Source: Tubulanus polymorphus
Lineage: Eukaryota > Animalia > Nemertea
Length of the DNA stretch: 64,000 nucleotides
Direction: 5' to 3'
Assembly: GCF_964204645.1 (NCBI RefSeq)
Contig: NC_134032.1
Coordinates: 13,256,275-13,320,274, forward strand
Shown: in pieces, positions 40,291 through 53,896 of the stretch
Layout of the letters: each line of letters opens with the position of its first letter
Numbering within the stretch: position 1 is the first letter of the stretch
Position numbers and translations under genes: made by a program
The notes under the pieces: model-generated
The model's database searches: none
The model's input: the letters and a program-made list of their open reading frames with translations, nothing else
Told to the model about the DNA's origin: nothing

Positions 40291-41250
40291 CTCCCCCCCC
40301 CACCAGTAATTTGTCTGGGTTCAATATCTTACCCGAGATCCACAGTCTCCCACTCCCCAGTCAACTTAAGAGATATTTTTCTCACTGCCTAGCGGTTTTA
40401 AATAGATCACAGTTGATTTCTGAAAAGCCGTCTAATCGCAACCGACATGGATTCCCAGCGCGTCTGATGTGTAGACTGTCCACTTTGTTACCAACAAGAA
40501 AAACAGATGAACATCTACACTCCCTGTGTTTTTAGACCAGTTGTCTCGTGGTTGGTTACGTACGTTGTATAGGTATTGACAAGTCACGTTCGCGGCCGTT
40601 AGTTCAGGCTTTACTCGTCACGCGTTCACCAGTCGTAACATCTGAATCGATTGGGTTTTTTGTTGTGACGATCGAGATGTGACGAGAATTGCTGCAAGGT
40701 GGACTGACCTATATTTATATATATACAGATGGTTGATCTCGCTGGCGGACGCGTGGGTGGATGGTGGATGGGTGGATACTCGACCGAGTGGTGGATAGTG
40801 TGGATATGTGCACGTTAGACAGCCACTGATAAAAGCATTCTGTCCACGCTATGATACGATAATATATAAAATCCCACAGCGATGAAAAATGAATTCCGAA
40901 ATGTTTCGTTCAGTTTAATATTTTATTCGACGTTTCCACCGTTATTATGACTGTTATTATACGACTGGTAATGCCGGTATAAAAATGCGTGTAAACGTGA
41001 GTGGAATGATGATGCTTAGAATGAAGGCGTGGATAATATGGGAGAAGGGTGGAAGATAAGTAGATATACGTACCGTGTAAACAAGTGGGTAGAGGGTGAT
41101 GATACATGGATGGAAAGGTGGGTGGATAGCTGGCTAAGATGGGTGGATACGCATGTGGATAGACAGACAATGCGATATATTGAAAAAAGATCCGTACGAA
41201 ATCTTGTAAATCTCTTTATCATTTCGTGTAACTTTGAAATGGAAAAATAA

Positions 41251-41438
41251 TCATTCATTCATTCGTTCGTTCGTTCGTTCGTTCGTTCGTTCGTTCGTTC
41301 GTTCGTTCGTTCGTTCGTTCGTTCGTTCGTTCGTTCGTTCGTTCGTTCGTTCGTTCGTTCGTTCGTTCGTTCGTTCGTTCGTTCGTTCGTTCGTTCGTTC
41401 GTTCGTTCGTTCGTTCGTTCATTCATTCATTCATTCGT
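41251..41438. repeat. (TTCG)n microsatellite flanked by (TTCA)n
   Basis: Directly visible. Confidence 0.98.
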
Positions 41439-42255
41439 TTACTCATGTTTGGACGGAATGAAAGGATGGAGTTTGCGGTGTGGATATAGCCGTAGTGGAA
41501 ACGAGTGGGTGGACTTATGGATGTAAATGGATAGATGTGGATCAGCGTAGATAGATACTCAGGAGCGAGTGAAACTGGTTCGGCCACCCGTGATGACTAA
41601 ACCAGCGTCCAACAACATAACGCGACATGTCCTAAGGAGGAACCCACCACAGGGACGCGCAAGCCAGGAACCAGGCGCAGCGGATCGTCCGAAAAAAGGA
41701 CATCGAATCTCAACTGGAGCAAGTAAAGAGAGATTTTATACTAAGGAAGTGGAAGGACTGTAGACGATCTGCTCGGCCCGGGCGGAGTCAAAAGGTTTAA
41801 GTGATTGATAGACTTGTAGAAAACCGTAAGAACCTTAGTGGCTGATGTTTTTTTTTTTTTAATCTCAAAATAGGGATTGACCCTGTTATTTATTTGATTG
41901 GTAGATTTCGTTTGATTTTCTGTTTTGGTGCCCCTTACAAACCCACTGATGTTACCACAGCGAGCTGAGCGTACGAGTCGCGCGTATAGTAGTAACACTA
42001 GACGACGCACGCTCGAGGACTGCGTGAAATAAATGGTTGAGTATTTTCTGAAACGACGCATCGTCCACGCGTGATGCCGGTTGTTTATCGTAAGTTTTAA
42101 CGCCGGGGCGACTGTTAATGATAATTCGCAGATCACTAGCTCAGTTTTCCCTCTCGAGGAATAAATTTATGATCCGATAAAACGTCTGCTGCAATTACAC
42201 GGGAACAGTCAGCGAGTGAGTGAGTGAGTTAATCATAATTAACGTAAAACACTAC

Positions 42256-42676
42256 GAGAAAGACAGAGGGACGAAAGACAGGGGGAGGGAGAGATAGAGG
42301 GAGGGAGAGACAGGGGAGGGAGAGACAGGGGAGGAAGAGACAGGGGAGGGAGATATAGAGGGAGGAAGAGACAGGGGGAGGGGGAGACAGAGGGAGGGAG
42401 AGACAGGGGAGGGAGAGACAGAGGGAGGGAGAAATAGAAAATGGCGAGAAAGACAGAGTGACTAAGAAAGATAGAGAAGGCGAGGAAGATAGGAAAGATG
42501 GGGAGAGAGTGGGAAATAGAGAGAGGGTGAGAGTGGGAGAGGGGAGAACGGGAGGGACGAAGAGATATAGAGTGACAAGAAAGACAGAGGGAGATGAGAG
42601 AATGGGATATGGGGAAAGAGAGTGACAGAGGGGGGAGTGGGGGATGGGGAGAGATCGAGACAGGGAGGGGAGAGAT
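42256..42676. repeat. Purine-rich low-complexity tract (GAGACAGGGGAGG-like units)
   Basis: Directly visible. Confidence 0.85.
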
Positions 42677-43975
42677 GTAGCTCGATAACTTCTGGACATA
42701 TTTTCGCTAGTAACTGGTTACGAAGTAAAGTTTTGTAAGACCTTATATTTCTTCCTATAGACGCCAACAGTCCATCTCTGCGAGATATTACTTGAAATAT
42801 TCCCCAGTCCATTCCCGATACCACCACATCCATTGACATCGAATGCGTGCTATCTGATGGAAGGAAAATGGTGACGGCCAATATTGCCGTCCAGTTATGA
42901 CGCATGTTGATGCTTGTACTTGTATCATACGTCCGTGCGTAACTGATATTGAACTCAATCAAAGCTCGTATCATCTCGTCGACCTTTTCGCCTAAATAGT
43001 TATGATGATTTTGTTTATCGGAATGGCTACCCCGCCTTGGCCGTGTCGCGGTCAATCAGTGAAGAAATTCTACATCTTCACACCAAACAACAAAATATTA
43101 CATATAATTCGAACCACCGGCCATTACTGCCACGGCCGCTATGCTATTCTAATTCCTAGAATCAGCTGCTGATTGAACGAACACTCATTTTCTGTATAAA
43201 CACTGGTCATTCCGTCGGTACGGACGAGTCGGCGATTGTTCAGCGGTAATAGGTGCTTTTATCATAGCGCGCCGACTGAAGTTCGCGGCCTCGCTCGATC
43301 GCGCCGTCTCGAGTCTCGCGGGAGTCCCTCCGAGTGTCGTAAATTGACTGACAATACGACGGGATTAGCGGCAATTCGTGCCCGCGTCCCCCTCCCAATC
43401 AGGCAGGCAAATGCGTCAACGCGACGCCATCGGAAATCTCCGAGAAATTAGGAAGATCTCATTTCAACTGCGCGTCGGGCGCCATACGGTTACCAATCAA
43501 AAGTCATATGTTCCAAAAACAATTTAATCTAATGTGAATTCTTCCTGAACGATTTATTTCAACCCTATCGTAATAGCCATCTTCTCAAACACAGTATTCC
43601 CGAAGATGACTACATGTATTAGGATTGAGTCGTTGCGCAAGGATCGTTTCTTTCTATTATCGTTTAAGCACAGCTAGTTTCTTCAAGATTAACCTTTCGC
43701 ACTATTTTTTTTCTTGGTGTGTATTCGTGGTGTGTATGATTTTACTTAAACTTGCCTATAGTCCTTTAACCCGGGCGTTGGTCGGCCTTGCGACGCGACG
43801 CAATTATCAGCGACGGCGTGCGACTAGTTTTTGCCCGTTGCAAGAGCGCGTAGGACGAAGCGACGCGATCCGCGATTCTGGTTGTCGTCACGTGGTTACT
43901 AAAAATGGCACCAAACCTCGCGAAGATAGAAGGTTTCTTATTCCTGGCGGTTGCAAGGAAAAAGTGGGTTTCTAA

Positions 43976-44060
43976 AGCCGGGCGCACACTACGCGATTTG
44001 CCAGCGATTTTGTCGCTTGCGATGAAAATCGCCGAGAAATCGCCTAGTGTGCGCCCGGCT
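43976..44060. mobile_element. Small PIF/Harbinger-type MITE (85 bp)
   Basis: TAA TSD and a perfect 16-bp TIR AGCCGGGCGCACACTA. Confidence 0.9.
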
Positions 44061-45899
44061 TAACACTGGTCCAAAAACTCGCTTGTTGCTTTCTCCTGCA
44101 TTTCTTATCCCACCGACCAGTTCTATTGAAACTGACCTATACACTCGCCTCTAGATCTTAATCAGCGATCTCATTTGCGCTGGGCGGTCGACGCCTCGTT
44201 ACTTCGGCGCGACTTGATCTCTTCTTGTTTTGACATTCAAAGCAATCAGCTTCCATCGTTAATGCATTACCCGCGAGACGACCGCGAAATCGGTTCCAAA
44301 TTTCGGCCGGGATGGTCTCACCGAGTTTCAAATTAACCGGTTAATACGACGTATAGATAGATTTACCAATCACCGGAACGCGGTCGGTCGGCTCCACGCG
44401 GCCATGAAATATTCACCGCTATATATACGTAGAGAGAGTTTCGCTCTTTCGCCGCGTTTAAACGAATCTACGTGTATTGTGAACTGGTCTATTAGCGATG
44501 ATTACAAACCGGCAAGGATCGGTGTTGAATAATTGATGATACGGCCGATAGAATGGAGGAACAGTTAAGCGAGGTGTCACACGATCAGTTCCCGAACGTG
44601 CGGCGGGTTTGTTTGAAAACGTCAACGCAGCGCCGTTAATCTGTTCTCGGTGGTGTGACAAATTACACGGTGAATTTGACAAATGCGGCTTTCCACGCGA
44701 GCTCGCGTTAATTGCTCATTTGTCTCGGTTTTGTATTTTATTATTTCGATGTCGTTCGTATTAATCGCAGGCGATTATCAAGACAGTGTTGATTGGATTT
44801 TTCGCCAGCAGGTGTCACTGAGGCGTTTACGCTTTTTTTTTATATAACTTATGATGATTCATTCTTCACTTAAAGATAACAATGAAATGAACAATATAGA
44901 TGCCGAATTAACTTCAATAAGTGAGGGTGCAGTCATAGAGCCCTGTTTTTCAAGTTAAGATAGTTAAAGGCTAAAAATGGATACCTTGTTTCTCATTTTT
45001 TGCTGAGCTTAAAAGTTTACCTTTAAATTACTTTTTTTAAATCATGATCCGCCTAACAATAACAGACCCGGCAACTTAGGATATGAACTGATTACAAATT
45101 TTATTGCAGTATACAAAATGACGATTAGGAGAAACAAGCTATAATGTTCTCGCCTTATTAAAGAGTTAAGAGATTTTTTGCTAACTAGCGGTCTACACTT
45201 CTATGGTCGATCCGATAACTGAATATCCAACCTTCAAAGTTCTACCATCAGTCTCTCCAACGTAAACCTTTTCACATCGGCCACAAGGATTTTTATACAA
45301 ACCGCATTCGAAATAGGTTCTTGGGATTCTTTGTTTCTACATAAGGCATTACTCAGTTCATTATTTCTTTCACTTTATTAACTGCTAAGTTCGTCAGCGC
45401 ATTCTCAAAATTAGTATTTCGTGACAATGATAAATGGTCGGATTAAGCAGAAAATAGTCGATGTATTTTCTTTGTTAGTTCAATACGGGGTCGAATCATG
45501 GAGCTATATCACATTTGATTAAAGAACATTTTCGATTTCAAAAATCGCTTCTTAATAGTCTTCATTGTGATCGTGAATACCGAGTATTAAAATCATCTAT
45601 CCTGTTATTATTTATTAGACGATGCCCGCGTTATTGTATCGTATCGATTTCGTATTGTATCGTATAATCTAATAACCAATCGTCTGAAGAAAGAAGATTA
45701 AAATCGATGGGTATATTAAACCGGTAGGGGATATAGTAACAATGAAACTAATAACGCGATAACGTTTATGATAACGATGATTTGATTGAAACGTAGAAAG
45801 CGCATATTGTGTTTGCGTGTGATGGATGATATTTTTCTAAATGAAGTATGCGCGAACTACTGAAGAACTGATGCATCATCGAACAGTTATTGGACTGTC

Positions 45900-45995
45900 G
45901 GATAGTGGGTTCGAACCCCATATTCATCCCCGGGCAAGACACTTATCCTCATTGCCTCTCTTCACCCAAGAGTAGATGGGTATACCTGGTCTGAG
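45900..45995 (+). mobile_element. Same SINE family, uninterrupted partial copy
   Basis: GGGTTCGAACCC..GGGCAAGACACTTATCCTCATTGCCTCTCTTCACCCAAGAGTAGATGGGTATACCTGG. Confidence 0.7.
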
Positions 45996-46663
45996 GCTTT
46001 TAGAATTCGGGTCGGGTATTCCTTCTCCACAAAGAGAGATGGCGCCGGTACGTGATAAGAGCATGGACGTATAAGCTCTAGTTTATATACGTCCGCGATT
46101 AGAGTTACTTAGGCTGGGGGTAATAATGCTAACTAAACCAGCACATGGGATCCATCATACGTAATCAACTAAATGACGTATCAACCTCGAAATAGCTCGC
46201 TTTGCAGCGGCGAGCCATGGTGTGCACATGGTACATCCCCCTCCTAAATTCCTCGCTATTTTGTGATTGGTTTTCCATAAGTAATGAAGTGAAATTTGGG
46301 GAAAACCGCTATTCAATTTGCGAGTAGACTCTGATCGTGCCTAGAGCGCGTACCCGCGCGTCTAATTTTGAAAAATTTTCTGGGGAGCACGCCCAGACCC
46401 GCCCTTCCAGTGCACTCCCTCCCTGAAATCCTGGATCCGCTGCAGCAGAAAGATTTCTTTCGGGAATAATGCGATGGCCACAGCCACTGTATACATTTCA
46501 TTTATTTACCCGTGATTTTTTTCATGATGGGAATTTTCCGCGTTGGTCTAAAATCGAAATTATGGGGAAAATAGTTCACGAACCGGGAAACGGAAAAACG
46601 GGAGTGACTCGTAGTTTTATATAGGAAAACCACATTTTTTCACTTTGAAAATTCCGCTCGAAA

Positions 46664-46892
46664 CTGGACCCAGTTCCACGGTTGGAATTTCTTTTTTGCT
46701 TGCAGTTCCACAGTTGCGTTATTTTGACTTCGATCCGTTTCCACAGTAGGTTTAATTCGACTCTGGAACAAGTTCCACAGTTGTGTGGGTTTAATTTTGA
46801 CAGCACCCGGTTCCACAGTTGCTTCTGAACCCAGTTCCACATTTGCTTCTGAACCCGGTTCCACAGTTGCTTCTGAACCCGGTTCCACAGTT
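46664..46892 (+). repeat. 39-bp minisatellite array with a 24-bp shortened derivative
   Basis: Same unit, followed by (CCCGGTTCCACAGTTGCTTCTGAA)x3.5. Confidence 0.85.
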
Positions 46893-48558
46893 ATCTGGTC
46901 TGTAACCAGTTCTGTTTGTTAATGAATGCATCCAGCCCGGGGCTGTAGCATTCGACGAGGATGTAATTATCATCGGGTTTGGGTTTTGTTTTCGCGTCGG
47001 TTTTTTGTTTTGTGTTTGTTTTTTTTTTTCTGTCCAGTCTCATTTGAAGCACTAGACCGCAGCATAATACCGGGGAAATACGCGAACACTATATACGTAT
47101 ACGACGATATGAATTATGCATCGTTGTACAAACACTTAATTGGTCCATGGTGCTATTTAATAGCAAAGGGACCAGAAAAACAGAGCGTCGACAGCTCTAT
47201 GCGAAACCGATAAAGGCCAGATATTATCATCGTTCATATTATCACTGAACGCTGAAAATTTGCAGCTGTTAATGCGAATAGCCGTGTGCGTGAAGTTACG
47301 CGTGTCACCAGCACTGTTTTACCATATAGGAAACTAAATATATATATATTTACATGTATGTGTTTATATATACGTACATTTAAAACGACGAAGTGCTTGT
47401 CATTTTCGAACGGAGATTTATGGATGAGATTTGATTCGTTTGTTTGTACATTAGCTACTGATGCCGTTGGATGTTTTTAACTCGTTCGACTATGGTGATA
47501 GTAATATAGTTGACGTGTAGATCGATCTCGGCGGGTTGAATTGGAAAGCGCGGCTACACGATTCCGGCGACGATTCCAGTCGCTCTCACGAGGAGAATTC
47601 CGCGTCGAAATGGTAAAGTTCGGGTGTAATTTGGTGGCGCTTTGACGCGTCTCAGTTTCGCTGACCAGGTTTGAGGTTATTGTGGTCGAATTATGAGTAT
47701 TTGTTCGATTTGATTCGAAACCCAGTAATGGGAGCAAAATTATAGTTCATTTTCTACAGTTATGGTGACGAGCCTGCTATTTCTTTTTAAGTAGATAGGA
47801 AATTGAGCTATTGGCGTGAGTAATCATTCAGCTACCTTTTATTATCAAACTCCTATCTCAGATTATTTCCCCGTAATCGCGGAATCGGGTACCCGAGTTT
47901 TTTGTTTGCCGGGAAGTTTCGGTTCTAAAGTCGATTGAATTTCTCCATGGAGTAAAATCGATTCGGGACTGAATCGTTTTTTTTTTTTTTAGTAGAGTGA
48001 TTATACAACGGTCTACTGCACACATTGTATTCCTTATATTTGTATCAAATTTCGAAAACTCGCTACCGTAGAATACGAATACGAATACGAATACGAATGT
48101 TTATTACACTCCAACCATTTCTATGGTATATGGAGGAAAAAACCAGTATTTAGAATTAATTACATAAACTGTAATAAAAGCGTTTAAACTGAATACGGAC
48201 TGCGTCACCAGTCACAGATGTTGAGATATTTGGAACTACAGCAATTGAATTTGATAAATATCGTAAATGCAAATAGTTAATGCAGTGAAAATATATATAT
48301 ATAGCATCGCACACTCCTAGGGCAGGTGTGTGCGAGTGTTGGTGAATGTCCGTAACACTAACCGCAGCTGAATAAACATCCCTTCAAATGGAAAACAGTT
48401 TGTTCAAACGAATCCGATGATTAAACCTCAATTTCATTTGGAAATAATCGGCAAATTTATCATTTTCAAATCATCAAAATCGTATTGAATTCGGTATGCA
48501 TTTTGTCTCCTATTTATAGCTTAGATTCTTAGGGCCCGTTTTTAAAGAAAAAAACCAG

Positions 48559-48685
48559 GGGCCAGTTGCTCAAAAGTTTGTTAGAGTTAACCAGTGGATA
48601 GTTGATATGGTGACAATTGAAATTTCATTGTTACTATGGTATTTAACGGCCGGTTATCTTTAACCAACTTTTGAGCAACTGGCCC
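48559..48685. mobile_element. PIF/Harbinger-type MITE (127 bp) at a CWG target
   Basis: 20-bp TIR GGGCCAGTTGCTCAAAAGTT with CAG/CTG flanks. A decayed copy lies at ~2810-2925. Confidence 0.85.
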
Positions 48686-49369
48686 CTGGTCTTTCACTGG
48701 TCTCTCGCCATAATATATACAGGCGTGAGTGGTGGAGCTCTGCGGAACTGTTGAATTGTTCTGAAGACTCGTCGGTAACGGGGCGAGGAGCGACACCTGT
48801 CCCTCTTATAGTTCTCAACCCGAGGGAACTGCGCGAAGTGTTTTGAAATGTTTTTGCGGCTCTCGTCAGCTCCCGCGCCCGTATTAACCTAACCTTATCG
48901 CATATATTCATTATTGGTACTTTACTTAGATTTAGATCCATTCAGCGCCATGTGGCGCATCGATTCTATTGTAAATATCCAACTGATGATGAAGTTTATT
49001 TGCGAGAAATCCTTTCACCTAAAATACTGCTAACGGCTGGTTGGCTTAACCTACGTCTGTTAATATGATTGATAAAATCAATAATCTATCATTTAATATT
49101 CATGGCTAACAGTTGTCTGTCTATTGAAGTTAATTATGCAAACAAATAAACAGTTTTAATGACCTTTTCCTTTTCAAAAGATGAAAAGAAATAGAAAAAC
49201 ACAAATTTGGAATGCTCCGACTTTTGGACTAAAACGAATGCCTGGAAAGATCGCTCTGCTTCCTCGCTGTACGCGGCAAACAGATTCTTCGATAACCTTT
49301 TGAAACTGACGAATTTTTAAAGTGACAAGCAGGGTCGAGATTCGCGGAGGTATCTATATGGTTAAACAC

Positions 49370-49550
49370 TGGACCCAGTTCCACAGTTGTGTGGGTATAA
49401 TTCGACTCTGGATCTAGTTCCACAGTTCTGTGTTTATTGATCATGAATCCAATTCCACAGTTGTGCGGGTTCGATTTTTTTTTTCTGAACTCAGTTCCAC
49501 TTCTGCGCGGGTTCATTTTGATCCTTGATCCAATTCCACAGTTGTGTGCG
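49370..49550 (+). repeat. 39-bp minisatellite, diverged array
   Basis: Same unit. Confidence 0.85.
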
Positions 49551-51628
49551 GGTTCATTTTATTTAGATGGCTCATCTATATAGATTTTAAGATAATTGAA
49601 AATGAACTATAACTTTGCCTCCAGTGCTCTGATTGAATCTAAACTATAACATGTGTTGATTAAAACTCTACAGTTTAAAAGCGCTGCATGGTGCATCTAC
49701 GACTAACAACGACGATACGTGTATCAAGCGAGGATTCTACTTCTTTTAGTGTCGCCGTTGGAGCAACGCAGTATCAACGCAGGCTGCGTATATATATAAA
49801 TGCGCAGGGTTTCCACCACAATAAACTTCAGTCGCGCTGAGATTCATAATATCATCATATTTCAATCGGCTGGATAGCGCGAGGATCGTAGACCTCGCCA
49901 TGAACGTCGTTTATCATCCGTTACCGCTTGAAGAGACTGATAAATTCGTCAATGGGTGAGCATTTCCAATTTTCAACGTACTCGGGCTCCTCGACATTTG
50001 TTAGAGTCGGTTGTTAAAATGGTCGAACGCACCCGACTCAGGAAAACACGGAAACATGAGGCAGATACATGTTTCCGTACGTTTCCGTGTCGCGTGGAAA
50101 GGGGAAACTCGGGTTTCGGGAAATATCGTTCCCGAGTCTGATTCCGTGTTTCCGTGCATACAGTGAATTATTATCATCCATGGTTTACAGTGAAATCTCG
50201 TTATCACGATATAGCGATTTATTGGTTATTGAATACCTATAGAATTCCCTCCCGAATAATAAGATCATTTTGATAATTTCATAAACTAATATTACGAACT
50301 ATCGGTTATAACGAACAGACTCGCCGGTAACAGGGTTTCACCGTATAAATAGAACAATCGGTTTAAACGACTTCAGATTTCCTGGCCCCTGGACCCAGTT
50401 CCAGTTGACTCAGATATAACTCATTGAAAATGAACTAATTTTAACTTAGAATTAACTCTAACACAAAACTGTGGAACTGAATGCCGAATATTATTTCGTT
50501 ACGAGGTTCCACTTAACACCAATTCAATCAATCAATCAATCAAGTTAGTCGATTCTTATTTCAAAATGAAACGGGTCCTATTCTGTTTCGAGTCGAGGGC
50601 CGTGTCGACTCCCTTCTATTTTAGTAATACTGAACTTTGAAACGCGTGTTTGCAAACTATTCTCCGGGATTTTCCGCTTGTTCGTTTAGACGTGATCGAA
50701 TCTAAATAGGAGTTGACCTCCCCGATTCTTCAAGGGCGAAGTATGTATTTTCCGCTGCAAGTCAAATATGTCAACAGCGTTTATCTTATCGCGTCGAGTA
50801 GGTAGGTTTAGACGACATGACTGCTAAAGCATGCGGTTTCTGACTCAAGCTATTTAGACACAGTAAAATGCACGCGGCTCGTCAATATTTAAGCGGAACC
50901 GCCTGAAAAAACGGCAGCGATTGCGTCGGCCCGGTATAACGTGTGGAATAGATCGCGAGTTGGGTTCATTTCTAACTCGTTCGGAACTCGGTCTTGGGAA
51001 AAAGTTTGAAACTTTGATGCTCAGATGCGTATGGCCTATGAGCTATGTCCATTGATATAACGAAGGTCTAAATTAATGAACAAATTTAATTAAGATATAT
51101 TATGTTGCGATAGCTGTTAGTGTTATTGGTTTCTGATTTGTATATTTCTTAAGATAGAAAATGTACAGAATTAAATCTTTTGCTGGTTACCCCGCAACGT
51201 TACGGACCTGTCGCGGCCCCAGCTGCGGCGTCAATGCCCTCTATTAGGCTTATTAGAAGTCGAATTTATGCACGTTTGGGCCATTGGTGAATATCTAAGT
51301 TTGGTTTTGCTGATTAAGGTGATACAATTCTGCACGTACGAAATTCTCTGCACCTGGTTTTGAAAAAACACACGCTTCGAAAAGAATATGCGTCCGTTAG
51401 GACTTGTAGAGAATATTGCCTATGGTTGGTATAAATAGTCATTCTCGTCTGAACTCCAATCACAGATTGCGCCGTACATTGAAATATGTTTATTATGTGT
51501 ATAGTACATTTTATCGATATAGCCTAATTTCTATTAATCGTGTTAAAGACTCGAGACAAACTTTGGTTCATTGTCAACAACTGGAGGAAGATCAAGTTTT
51601 ACTGCACAACGGCAGCGTTAGCGGGCTC

Positions 51629-51720
51629 GTGCGCAGAGCATCGGCACGCCTTGTTGTGGGCCTCGACGGGTGCAGAAAATCGACTAGCACGGGATTAAAA
51701 GCGCGTGACCTTCGTGCGCA
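51629..51720 (-). promoter_or_regulatory. Cluster of three metal-response element cores (TGCRCNC)
   Basis: GTGCGCA at 51629-35, GGGTGCA at 51668-74 and GTGCGCA at 51714-20 are all reverse-complement TGCRCNC, ~1 kb upstream of candidate exon 52749. Confidence 0.5.
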
Positions 51721-52554
51721 AAATAGCACAAACAAATCTGCATTAATTAACCTTGTTTCAATTTGTTTCGATTTACTCTAATCGTCAGTGGTAACCACAT
51801 TTTGTGAATGTGAGTTTTGAACGAGTTGATTCAATTCAGGATAGAGTTTGATTTCATTCAAACAGCATTAAATAGCACTTTCTCAGATGATTGTTGATAA
51901 ATGAATTTTAATAGACATTTCTAATTTGATATTTGATTAATGATGACAATAAATAGAGTTAAAATAATTGAAGAAAAAAACTTTTTCAGTTGCCCATTGG
52001 ACCCGGTTTCATGTTGTCTAGCCAGATTTAGATCCACTGTCCAAAAGACAGTCCCAGCACTTAGCACCATCGCTTACTGTCCTCCCGATGGTTCTTTGCG
52101 TTATAAGGCGGCGATGGGTCTACGCGCTGTCTTCGGGCATAATTCGAATATATTCGAAATAGTTTTCTTTCTCGAAAACCATGACGTAAGTTTTTCACCT
52201 TGGCCTTTCCAGAAAACGAACATTACGTGCGTGTATCAGAAATAAATCAACCAAAAAAATAACCGCCTGTTTCATTGATCGACCGGACCCGATTTCAAAA
52301 GAAATACCGTTTCTGCCTTGAAGAGTTTTTTCCAATGACTTAGTTTCGTGCCTTGTGACTTGTTTTCACAGTAGTCCCAGTGTTATTATACCACCAGTAA
52401 TTATGAACCGGGTCATCATTGAAGTTGACGTAAACAATCTATATAATAACATGTATGTAAGCGCTGTGTAAAGGGTGATAAAGCAGAATGATTTCTGCCC
52501 CCGGTACATACATATTACATACCTCTCAACGCTGGCAAAAATTAACAGAGTAAT

Positions 52555-52605
52555 GAGTGCAAAAAACCTTTCATATATAACACGTAAAACTGAATAAGTT
52601 CAGAA
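52555..52605 (+). promoter_or_regulatory. Candidate core promoter (MRE core + TATA-like box)
   Basis: GAGTGCA (MRE, reverse) at 52555-61, then TATATAA at 52574-80, ~170 bp before ATG 52749. Confidence 0.35.
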
Positions 52606-52748
52606 CAAATGCGGCCGTAGAATCTCGTATGGTGAAAACTGTTCGATCGTTGCGTATTTGAATATTTGAAATAACGGTCGTTTGGTCGTTGGTGGTTTTT
52701 GTCGGGATTTCATTTGTTTCTGTTGACTATATTGAGACGTAAGTCGAT

Positions 52749-52807
52749 ATGGATGGTGGAATGGATTTGGAGCGGGTCCATATCGCCTACTCTAACGGAG
52801 GAAAAAG
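52749..52807 (+). CDS. Candidate alternative first coding exon (MDGGMDLERVHIAYSNGGK-R)
   Basis: ATG plus 19 codons ending AG|GTACGT, phase 2, compatible with exon 56799. The same GTACGT donor is used at 60990. TATA-like and MRE motifs lie upstream. Confidence 0.55.
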
Positions 52808-53419
52808 GTACGTGACGCCGCGCGTCGATAGTCGTAGCATGCGGACGAATCTCCCTACGACGTCTAACCTTGTTGATAAAACTCAGTCCTCAGAACTTGT
52901 AATTATCAGAATTGTGGTCCCCGGGGTTCGGTCGTAGCTAAGTGACATTGTAGTTTGGCGACATCGCTTTCTACTGACTATCTGAGCTTCCGAAAAAACG
53001 AACACACTGTTCGAATTGTTTATACGTTTATTTATCTAATTTGCTCCATTCCTGTGCGGGGCCTAACCGGTTTCTATTGAAGATTACCCGGATTATCATC
53101 GGCGTGATACTTTTTTAGAATGAGGAATTCTAATCATTTTAAATAATCTATAGTTTTTAAATATGAAATATATTCATATGATATGATGCTAAACGGCATA
53201 TAAATGAGTATAATCCCGACGAAATTGTCGCTCCCCGACTGGTTGAAATAAACACACCCGACTGCGATATGGATTTTTATCATCCGCGGTATTGTATTTA
53301 TGATGATCATGATTTCGATATTCATTGGTGAAATATTATTCTGCAGGTGAATGCAGGACCCGAATAACCGGGACTTTTAGGTAAGACAGCGTTATAGCAC
53401 AGTGCGCGATGTCCGGTCC

Positions 53420-53896
53420 AAGAGACCTCTATACAGAAGCGTCCTGGGGACATGGGATAAACTGATATTTTCGGAAGCAATTCTGACATAATATCTCGGA
53501 ATAAAATCGTCAAACTTTTTAGTCTAATCGAAATTATTTTTGTCTGAGATATCGTGTTAGAATGAATTCTTATTCTTTCTTTTTTAATGTTAATTCCCTG
53601 GCTGCGTTAAAAATGTTGATATGTTAAAATATAAAATGTCTCATTTCGATATGATATGTCGGAGAGTAAACTCAGAATACGTTTTATTTAATGAAAATGT
53701 CCCCGACCGCGGGTAGTGGGAATAAACAATGAATAAAAACGAATTGAAATTGATTCTGACGTAATATCTCAGAGAAAGATAACATCGATTGAATAAAGAA
53801 AAGTTTGGCGATTTTATTCCGAGATATCGTGTAAGAATTACTTCCGAAACTATTTGTTTATCCCATGTTTCCAGGACGCTTCCGTAGAGGTCTTAA
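53420..53896. mobile_element. Foldback / long-TIR non-autonomous element (~475 bp)
   Basis: The arm AAGAGACCTCTA..GAAGCGTCCTGG..CATGGGATAAAC..ATATCTCGGAATAAAATCG..AAACTTT is mirrored in reverse complement at 53800-53896. Pairing continues inward. Confidence 0.8.
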
